Shown: piece by piece, positions 14,501 to 25,600 of the stretch
How positions within the stretch are numbered: position 1 is the first letter of the stretch
How the letters are laid out: the number at the start of each line of letters is the position of its first letter
Origin: Mobula hypostoma
Taxonomy: Eukaryota
NCBI RefSeq assembly: GCF_963921235.1
Contig: NC_086108.1
Coordinates: 1,364,001-1,428,000, forward strand
Length of the DNA stretch: 64,000 nucleotides
Direction of reading: 5' to 3'
The notes under the pieces: generated by a model
What the model was told of the DNA's origin: nothing
What the model saw: the letters and a program-made list of their open reading frames with translations, nothing else
Databases searched by the model: none
Program-made: the position numbers and the translations under genes

Positions 14501-16495
14501 CTGTGATCTACGACCATCGCACAGCACTGAACTGACTCTGTGGCTGTGATGTACAGCCATTGCACAGCGCTGAACTGACTCCGCACTGTGATCTACAACC
14601 ATCGCACAGCGCTGAACTGACTCCACACTGTGATCTACGACCATCGCACAGCGCTGAACTGACTCCACACTGTGATCTACGACCATCGCACAGCACTGAA
14701 CTGACTCTGTGGCTGTGATCTGCAACCATCGCACAGCACTGAACTGACTCTGTGGCTGTGATCTAAAACCATCGCACAGCGCTGAACTGACTCCGCACGG
14801 TGATCTACAACCATCGCACAGCTCTGAACTGACTCCGCACTGTGATCTACGACCATCGCTCAGCGCTGAACTGACTCCACACTGTGATCTGCGAACATCG
14901 CACAGCACTGAACTGACTCCACACTGCGATCTACAACCATCGCACAGCGCTGAACTGACTCCACACTGTGATCTACAACCATCGCACAGCGCTGAACTGA
15001 CTCCACACTGTGATCTACAACCATCGCACAGCGCTGAACTGACTCCACACTGTGATCTACAACCATCGCACAGCGCTGAACTGACTCCACACTGTGATCT
15101 ACAACCATCGCACAGCGCTGAACTGACTCCACACTGTGATCTACAACCATCGCACAGCGCTGAACTGACTCCGCACTGTGATCTACAACCATCGCACAGC
15201 GCTGAACTGACTCCGCACTGTGATCTACAACCATCGCACAGTGCTGAACTGACTCCGCACTGTGATCTACAACCATCGCACAGCGCTGAACTGACTCTGT
15301 GGCTGTGATCTACAACCATCGCACAGCGCTGAACTGACTCCACACTGTGATCTACAACCATCGCACTGCGCTGAACTGACTCCACACTGTGATCTACAAC
15401 CATCGCACAGCGCTGAACTGACTCCGCACTGTGATCTACAACCATCGCACAGCGCTGAACTGACTCCACACTGTGATCTACAACCATCGCACAGCGCTGA
15501 ACTGACTCTGTGGCTGTGATCTACAACCATCGCACAGCGCTGAACTGACTCCACACTGTGATCTACAACCATCGCACAGCGCTGAACTGACTCTGCACTG
15601 TGATCTACAACCATCGCACAGCACTGAACTGACTCCGCACTGTGATCAACAACCATCGCACAGCGCTGAACTGACTCCGCACTGTGATCTACAACCATCG
15701 CACAGCGCTGAACTGACTCCACACTGTGATCTACGACCATCGCACAGCGCTGAACTGACTCTGCACTGTGATCTACAACCATTGCACAGCGCTGAACTGA
15801 CTCCGCACTGTGATCTACAACCATCGCACAGCGCTGAACTGACTCCACACTGTGATCTACGACCATCGCACAGAGCTGAACTGACTCCACACTGTGATCT
15901 ACGACCATCGCACAGCGCTGAACTGACTCCACACTGTGATCTACAACCATCGCACAGCGCTGAACTGACTCCACACTGTGATCTACGACCATCGCACAGC
16001 GCTGAACTGACTCCACACTGTGATCTACGACCATCGCACAGCACTGAACTGACTCTGTGGCTGTGATCTACAACCATCGCACAGCGCTGAACTGACTCCG
16101 CACTGTGATCTACAACCATCGCACAGCTCTGAACTGACTCCACACTGTGATCTGCGACCATCGCACAGCACTGAACTGACTCTGTGGCTGTGATCTAAAA
16201 CCATCGCACAGCGCTGAACTGACTCCGCACGGTGATCTACAACTATCGCACAACTCTGAACTGACTCCGCACTGTGAACTACGACCATCGCTCAGCGCTG
16301 AACTGACTCCACACTGTGATCTGCGAACATCGCACAGCACTGAACTGACTCCGCACTGTGATCGACAACCATCGCACAGCGCTGAACTGACTCCACACTG
16401 TGATCTACAACCATCGCACAGCGCTGAACTGACTCTGCGACTGTGATCTACAACCATCACCCAGCACTGAACTGACTACACACTGTGATCTGCGA

Positions 16496-16695
16496 NNNNN
16501 NNNNNNNNNNNNNNNNNNNNNNNNNNNNNNNNNNNNNNNNNNNNNNNNNNNNNNNNNNNNNNNNNNNNNNNNNNNNNNNNNNNNNNNNNNNNNNNNNNNN
16601 NNNNNNNNNNNNNNNNNNNNNNNNNNNNNNNNNNNNNNNNNNNNNNNNNNNNNNNNNNNNNNNNNNNNNNNNNNNNNNNNNNNNNNNNNNNNNNN
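16496..16695. other. Assembly gap (exactly 200 N)
   Basis: 200 consecutive N. A round fixed length indicates a scaffolding placeholder of unknown true size. Confidence 0.99.
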
Positions 16696-19600
16696 CTCAG
16701 CGGGTCAGACCGTGTCGATGGTCAGAGTAACACACACAAAATGCTGGAGGAACTTAGCGGGTCAGACAGTGTCGATGGTCAGAGTAACACACAAAAAATG
16801 CTGGAGGAACTCGGCAGGTCAGACAGTGTCGATGGTCAGAGTAACACACACAAAATGCTGGAGGAACTCAGCGGGTCAGATAGTGTCGATGGTCAGAGTA
16901 ACACACATGAAATGCTGGAGGAACTCAGCAGGTCGGACAGTGTCGATGGTCAGAGTAACAACACAAAATGCTGGAGGAACTCAGCAGGTCGGACAGTGTC
17001 GATGGTCAGAGTAACAACACAAAATGCTGGAGGAACTCAGCAGGTCAGACAGTGTCGATGGTCAGAGTAACACACACAAAATGCTGGAGGAACTCAGCAG
17101 GTCAGACAATGTCGATGGTCAGAGTAACACACACAAAATGCTGGAGGAACTCAGCAGGTCAGACAGTGTCGATGGTCAGAGTAACACACACAAAATGCTG
17201 GAGGAACTCGGCAGGTCAGTCAGTGTCGATGGTCAGAGTAACACACACAAAATGCTGGAGGAACTCGGCAGGTCAGACAGTGTCGATGGTCAGAGTAACA
17301 CACACAAAATGCTGCAGGATCTCAGCAGGTCTGAGAGTGTCGATGGTCAGAGTAACACACACAAAATGCTGGAGGAACTCAGCAGGTCAGAGAGTGTCGA
17401 TGGTCAGAGTAACACACAAAATGCTGGAGGAACTCGGCAGATCAGACAGTGTCGATGGTCAGAGTAACACACAAAATGCTGGAGGAACTCGGCGGATCAG
17501 ACAGTGTCGATGGTCAGAGTAACACACACAAAATGCTGGAGGAACTCGGCAGGTCAGACAGTGTCGATGCGCAGAGTAACACACACAAAATGCTGGAGGA
17601 ACTCAGCGGGTCAGACCGTGTCGATGGTCAGAGTAACACACACAAAATGCTGGAGGAACTTAGCGGGTCAGACAATGTCGATGGTCAGAGTAACACACAC
17701 AAAATGCTGGAGGAACTCAGCAGGTCAGACAGTGTCGATGGTCAGAGTATCACACACAAAATGCTGGAGGAACTCGGCAGCTCAGACAGTGTCGATGGTC
17801 AGAGTAACACACACAAAATGCTGGAGGAACTCGGCAGGTCAGACAGTGTCGATGGTCAGAGTAACACACACAAAATGCTGCAGGAACACAGCAGGTCAGA
17901 GAGTGTCGATGGTCAGAGTAACACACAAAATGCTGGAGGAACTCGGCAGATCAGACAGTGTCGATGGTCAGAGTAACACACAAAAGGCTGGAGGAACTCG
18001 GCGGATCAGACAGTGTCGATGGTCAGAGTAACACACACAAAATGCTGGAGGAACTCGGCGGGTCAGACAGTGTCGATGCGCAGAGTAACACACACAAAAT
18101 GCTGGAGGAACTCAGCGGGTCAGACCGTGTCGATGGTCAGAGTAACACACACAAAATGCTGGAGGAACTTAGCGGGTCAGACAATGTCGATGGTCAGAGT
18201 AACACACACAAAATGCTGGAGGAACTCTGCAGGTCAGACAGTGTCGATGGTCAGAGTAACACACACAAAATGCTGGAGGAACTCAGCAGGTCAGACAGTG
18301 TCGATGGTCAGAGTAACACACACAAAATGCTGGAGGAACTCAGCAGGTCAGGCAGTGTCGATGGTCAGAGTAGCACACACAAAATGCTGGAGGAACTCAG
18401 CAGGTCAGGCAGTGTCGATGGTCAGAGTAACACACACAAAATGCTGGAGGAACTCAGCAGGTCAGACAGTGTCGATGGTCAGAGTAACACACACAAAATG
18501 CTGGAGGAACTCAGCAGGTCAGACAGTGTCGATGGTCAGAGTAACACACACAAAATGCTGGAGGAACTCAGCAGGTCAGACAGTGTCGATGGTCAGAGTA
18601 ACACACACAAAATGCTGGAGGAACTCTGCCGGTCAGACAGTGTCGATGGTCAGAGTAACACACACAAAATGCTGGAGGAACTCAGCAGGTCAGACAGAGT
18701 CTATGGTCAGAGTAACACACACAAAATGCTGGAGGAACTCAGCAGGTCAGACAGTGTCGATGGTCAGAGTAACACACACAAAATGCTGGAGGAACTCAGC
18801 GGGTAAGACCGTGTCGATGGTCAGAGTAACACACACAAAATGCTGGAGGAACTTAGCGGGTCAGACAATGTCGATGGTCAGAGTAACACACACAAAATGC
18901 TGGAGGAACTCAGCAGGTCAGACAGTGTCGATGGTCAGAGTAACACACACAAAATGCTGGAGGAACTCGGCAGGTCAGACAGTGTCGATGGTCAGAGTAA
19001 CACACACAAAATGCTGCAGGATCTCAGCAGGTCTGAGAGTGTCGATGGTCAGAGTAACACACACAAAATGCTGGAGGAACTCAGCAGGTCAGAGAGTGTC
19101 GATGGTCAGAGTAACACACAAAATGCTGGAGGAACTCGGCAGATCAGACAGTGTCGATGGTCAGAGTAACACACAAAATGCTGGAGGAACTCGGCGGATC
19201 AGACAGTGTCGATGGTCAGAGTAACACACACAAAATGCTGGAGGAACTCGGCAGGTCAGACAGTGTCGATGCGCAGAGTAACACACACAAAATGCTGGAG
19301 GAACTCAGCGGGTCAGACCGTGTCGATGGTCAGAGTAACACACACAAAATGCTGGAGGAACTTAGCGGGTCAGACAATGTCGATGGTCAGAGTAACACAC
19401 ACAAAATGCTGGAGGAACTCAGCAGGTCAGACAGTGTCGATGGTCAGAGTATCACACACAAAATGCTGGAGGAACTCAGCCGGTCAGACAGTGTCGATGG
19501 TCAGAGTAACACACACAAAATGCTGGAGGAACTCGGCAGGTCAGACAGTGTCGATGCGCAGAGTAACACACACAAAATGCTGGAGGAACTCAGCGGGTCA

Positions 19601-22600
19601 GACCGTGTCGATGGTCAGAGTAACACACACAAAATGCTGGAGGAACTTAGTGGGTCAGACAATGTCGATGGTCAGAGTAACACACACAAAATGCTGGAGG
19701 AACTCGGCAGGTCAGACAGTGTCGATGGTCAGAGTAACACACACAAAATGCTGGAGGAACTCGGCAGGTCAGACAGTGTCGATGGTCAGAGTAACACACA
19801 CAAAATGCTGCAGGAACACAGCAGGTCAGAGAGTGTCGATGGTCAGAGTAACACACAAAATGCTGGAGGAACTCGGCAGATCAGACAGTGTCGATGGTCA
19901 GAGTAACACACAAAAGGCTGGAGGAACTCGGCGGATCAGACAGTGTCGATGGTCAGAGTAACACACACAAAATGCTGGAGGAACTCGGCGGGTCAGACAG
20001 TGTCGATGCGCAGAGTAACACACACAAAATGCTGGAGGAACTCAGCAGGTCAGACCGTGTCGATGGTCAGAGTAACACACACAAAATGCTGGAGGAACTT
20101 AGCGGGTCAGACAATGTCGATGGTCAGAGTAACACACACAAAATGCTGGAGGAACTCTGCAGGTCAGACAGTGTCGATGGTCAGAGTAACACACACAAAA
20201 TGCTGGAGGAACTCAGCAGGTCAGACAGTGTCGATGGTCAGAGTAACACACACAAAATGCTGGAGGAACTCAGCAGGTCAGGCAGTGTCGATGGTCAGAG
20301 TAGCACACACAAAATGCTGGAGGAACTCAGCAGGTCAGGCAGTGTCGATGGTCAGAGCAACACACACAAAATGCTGGAGGAACTCAGCAGGTCAGACAGT
20401 GTCGATGGTCAGAGTAACACACACAAAATGCTGGAGGAACTCAGCAGGTCAGACAGTGTCGATGGTCAGAGTAACACACACAAAATGCTGGAGGAACTCA
20501 GCAGGTCAGACAGTGTCGATGGTCAGAGTAACACACACAAAATGCTGGAGGAACTCAGCCCGTCAGACCGTGTCGATGGTCAGAGTAACACACACAAAAT
20601 GCTGGAGGAACTCAGCAGGTCAGACAGAGTCTATGGTCAGAGTAACACACACAAAATGCTGGAGGAACTCAGCAGGTCAGACAGTGTCGATGGTCAGAGT
20701 AACACACACAAAATGCTGGAGGAACTCAGCGGGTCAGACCGTGTCGATGGTCAGAGTAACACACACAAAATGCTGGAGGAACTTAGCGGGTCAGACAATG
20801 TCGATGGTCAGAGTAACACACACAAAATGCTGGAGGAACTCAGCAGGTCAGACAGTGTCGATGGTCAGAGTAACACACACAAAATGCTGGAGGAACTCAG
20901 CAGGTCAGGCAGTGTCGATGGTCAGAGTAGCACACACAAAATGCTGCAGGAACTCAGCAGGTCAGGCAGTGTCGATGGTCAGAGTAACACACACAAAATG
21001 CTGGAGGAACTCAGCAGGTCAGACAGTGTCGATGGTCAGAGTAACACACACAAAATGCTGGAGGAACTCAGCAGGTCAGACAGTGTCGATGGTCAGAGTA
21101 ACACACACAAAATGCTGGAGGAACTCAGCAGGTCAGACAGTGTCGATGGTCAGAGTAACACACACAAAATGCTGGAGGAACTCAGCCGGTCAGACAGTGT
21201 CGATGGTCAGAGTAACACACACAAAATGCTGGAGGAACTTGGCGGGTCAGACAGTGTCGATGCGCAGAGTAACACACACAAAATGCTGGAGGAACTCAGC
21301 GGGTCAGACCGTGTCGATGGTCAGAGTAACACACACAAAATGCTGGAGGAACTCAGCAGGTCAGACAGTGTCGATGGTCAGAGTAACACACACAAAATGC
21401 TGGAGGAACTCAGCAGGTCAGACAGTGTCGATGGTCAGAGTAACACACACAAAATGCTGGAGGAACTCAGCAGGTCTGGCAGTGTCGATGGTCAGAGTAA
21501 CACACACACAATGCTGGAGGAACTCAGCAGGTCAGACTGTGTCGATGGACAGAGTAACACACACAAAATGCTGGAGGAACTCAGCAGGTCAGATAGTGTC
21601 GATGGTAAGAGTAACACACACAAAATGCTGGAGGAACTCGGCGGGTCAGACAGTGTCGATGCGCAGAGTAACACACACAAAATGCTGGAGGAACTCAGCG
21701 GGTCAGACCGTGTCGATGGTCAGAGTAACACACACAAAATGCTGGAGGAACTTAGCGGGTCAGACAATGTCGATGGTCAGAGTAACACACACAAAATGCT
21801 GGAGGAACTCAGCAGGTCAGACAGTGTCGATGGTCAGAGTAACACACACAAAATGCTGGAGGAACTCGGCAGGTCAGACAGTGTCGATGGTCAGAGTAAC
21901 ACACACAAAATGCTGCAGGAACTCAGCAGGTCAGACAGTGTCGATGGTCAGAGTAACACACACAAAATGCTGGAGGAACTCGGCAGGTCAGACAGTGTCG
22001 ATGGTCAGAGTAACACACACAAAATGCTGCAGGAACTCAGCAGGTCTGAGAGTGTCGATGGTCAGAGTAACACACACAAAATGCTGGAGGAACTCAGCAG
22101 GTCAGAGAGTGTCGATGGTCAGAGTAACACACAAAATGCTGGAGGAACTCGACAGATCAGACAGTGTCGATGGTCAGAGTAACACACAAATTGCTGGAGG
22201 AACTCGGCGGATCAGACAGTGTCGATGGTTAGAGTAACACACACAAAATGCTGGAGGAACTCGGCAGGTCAGACAGTGTCGATGCGCAGAGTAACACACA
22301 CAAAATGCTGGAGGAACTCAGCGGCTCAGACCGTGTCGATGGTCAGAGTAACACACACAAAATGCTGGAGGAACTTAGCGGGACAGACAATGTCGATGGT
22401 CAGAGTAACACACACAAAATGCTTTAGGAACTCAGCAGGTCAGACAGTGTCGATGGTCAGAGTATCACACACAAAATGCTGGAGGAACTCAGCAGGTCAG
22501 ACAGTGTCGATGGTCAGAGTAACACAAACAAAATGCTGGAGGAACTTAGCGGGTGAGACAATGTCGATGGTCAGAGTAACACACACAAAATGCTTTAGGA

Positions 22601-25600
22601 ACTCAGCAGGTCAGACTGTGTCGATGGCCAGAGTAACACACACAAAATGCTGGAGGAACTCAGCGGGTCAGTCCGTGTCGATGGTCAGAGTAACACACAC
22701 AAAATGCTGGAGGAACTTAGCGGGTCAGACAATGTCGATGGTCAGAGTAACACACACAAAATGCTTTAGGAACTCAGCAGGTCAGACATTGTCGATGGTC
22801 AGAGTATCACACACAAAATGCTGGAGGAACTCAGCAGGTCAGACAGTGTCGATGGTCAGAGTAACACAAACAAAATGCTGGAGGATCTCAGCAGGTCAGA
22901 CAGTGTCTATGGTCAGAGTAACACACACAAAATGCTGGAGGAACTCAGCAGGTCAGACAGTGTTGATGGTCAGAGTAACACACACAAAATGCTGGAGGAA
23001 CTTAGCGGGTCAGACAATGTCGATGGTCAGAGTAACACACACAAAATGCTGGAGGAACTCAGCAGGTCAGACAGTGTCGATGGTCAGAGTATCACACACA
23101 AAATGCTGGAGGAACTCAGCCGGTCAGACAGTGTCGATGGTCAGAGTAACACACACAAAATGCTGGAGGAACTCGGCAGGTCAGACAGTGTCGATGCGCA
23201 GAGTAACACACACAAAATGCTGGAGGAACTCAGCGGGTCAGACCGTGTCGATGGTCAGAGTAACACACACAAAATGCTGGAGGAACTTAGTGGGTCAGAC
23301 AATGTCGATGGTCAGAGTAACACACACAAAATGCTGGAGGAACTCGGCAGGTCAGACAGTGTCGATGGTCAGAGTAACACACACAAAATGCTGGAGGAAC
23401 TCGGCAGGTCAGACAGTGTCGATGGTCAGAGTAACACACACAAAATGCTGCAGGAACACAGCAGGTCAGAGAGTGTCGATGGTCAGAGTAACACACAAAA
23501 TGCTGGAGGAACTCGGCAGATCAGACAGTGTCGATGGTCAGAGTAACACACAAAAGGCTGGAGGAACTCGGCGGATCAGACAGTGTCGATGGTCAGAGTA
23601 ACACACACACAATGCTGGAGGAACTCAGCAGGTCAGACTGTGTCGATGGACAGAGTAACACACACAAAATGCTGGAGGAACTCAGCAGGTCAGATAGTGT
23701 CGATGGTAAGAGTAACACACACAAAATGCTGGAGGAACTCGGCAGGTCAGACAGTGTCGATGCGCAGAGTAACACACACAAAATGCTGGAGGAACTTACC
23801 GGGTCAGACAATGTCGATGGTCAGAGTAACACACACAAAATGCTGGAGGAACTCAGCAGGTCAGACAGTGTCGATGGTCAGAGTAACACACACAAAATGC
23901 TGGAGGAACTCGGCAGGTCAGACAGTGTCGATGGTCAGAGTAACACACACAAAATGCTGCAGGAACTCAGCAGGTCAGACAGTGTCGATGGTCAGAGTAA
24001 CACACACAAAATGCTGGAGGAACTCGGCAGGTCAGACAGTGTCGATGGTCAGAGTAACACACACAAAATGCTGCAGGAACTCAGCAGGTCTGAGAGTGTC
24101 GATGGTCAGAGTAACACACACAAAATGCTGGAGGAACTCAGCAGGTCAGAGAGTGTCGATGGTCAGAGTAACACACAAAATGCTGGAGGAACTCGGCAGA
24201 TCAGACAGTGTCGATGGTCAGAGTAACACACAAATTGCTGGAGGAACTCGGCGGATCAGACAGTGTCGATGGTCAGAGTAACACACACAAAATGCTGGAG
24301 GAACTCGGCAGGTCAGACAGTGTCGATGCGCAGAGTAACACACACAAAATGCTGGAGGAACTCAGCGGGTCAGACCGTGTCGATGGTCAGAGTAACACAC
24401 ACAAAATGCTGGAGGAACTTAGCGGGTCAGACAATGTCGATGGTCAGAGTAACACACACAAAATGCTTTAGGAACTCAGCAGGTCAGACAGTGTCGATGG
24501 TCAGAGTATCACACACAAAATGCTGGAGGAACTCAGCAGGTCAGACAGTGTTGATGGTCAGAGTAACACAAACAAAATGCTGGAGGAACTTAGCGGGTCA
24601 GACAATGTCGATGGTCAGAGTAACACACACAAAATGCTTTAGGAACTCAGCAGGTCAGACAGTGTCGATGGCCAGAGTAACACACACAAAATGCTGGAGG
24701 AACTCAGCAGGTCAGACAGTGTCGATGGTCAGAGTAACACACACAAAATGCTGCAGGAACTCAGCAGGTCTGAGAGTGTCGATGGTCAGAGTAACACACA
24801 CAAAATGCTGGAGGAACTCAGCAGGTCAGACAGTGTCGATGGTCAGAGTAACACACACAAAATGCTGCAGGAACTCAGCAGGTCTGAGAGTGTCGATGGT
24901 CAGAGTAACACACACAAAATGCTGGAGGAACTCAGCAGGTCAGAGAGTGTCGATGGTCAGAGTAACACACAAAATGCTGGAGGAACTCGACAGATCAGAC
25001 AGTGTCGATGGTCAGAGTAACACACAAATTGCTGGAGGAACTCGGCGGATCAGACAGTGTCGATGGTTAGAGTAACACACACAAAATGCTGGAGGAACTC
25101 GGCAGGTCAGACAGTGTCGATGCGCAGAGTAACACACACAAAATGCTGGAGGAACTCAGCGGCTCAGACCGTGTCGATGGTCAGAGTAACACACACAAAA
25201 TGCTGGAGGAACTTAGCGGGACAGACAATGTCGATGGTCAGAGTAACACACACAAAATGCTTTAGGAACTCAGCAGGTCAGACAGTGTCGATGGTCAGAG
25301 TATCACACACAAAATGCTGGAGGAACTCAGCAGGTCAGACAGTGTCGATGGTCAGAGTAACACAAACAAAATGCTGGAGGAACTTAGCGGGTCAGACAAT
25401 GTCGATGGTCAGAGTAACACACACAAAATGCTTTAGGAACTCAGCAGGTCAGACTGTGTCGATGGCCAGAGTAACACACACAAAATGCTGGAGGAACTCA
25501 GCGGGTCAGACCGTGTCGATGGTCAGAGTAACACACACAAAATGCTGGAGGAACTTAGCGGGTCAGACAATGTCGATGGTCAGAGTAACACACACAAAAT

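Larger units (their letters stand above)
1..16495. repeat. Tandem satellite array A, 42-bp monomer (about 390 copies), truncated by the window start and the N gap
   Basis: Uninterrupted head-to-tail copies of CTGTGATCTAC(A/G)ACCATCGCACAGCGCTGAACTGACTCC(G/A)CA (consensus 23/42 GC). Recurrent 43-bp (..GACTCTGTGG/CTGCGG) and 41-bp (..GACTCACA) variants. No unique sequence seen. Confidence 0.99.

Noticed and set aside
50..16460. Cys-rich minus-strand ORFs (GVSSALCDGCRSQC, MVVDHSVESVQRCA) resembling metallothionein, keratin-associated or zinc-binding repeats
   Set aside because: 42 bp equals 14 codons. Frequent 41- and 43-bp monomers shift the frame every few units, which is incompatible with coding constraint.
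16485..16730. 81-aa ORF spanning the junction
   Set aside because: It is a translation of the N gap.
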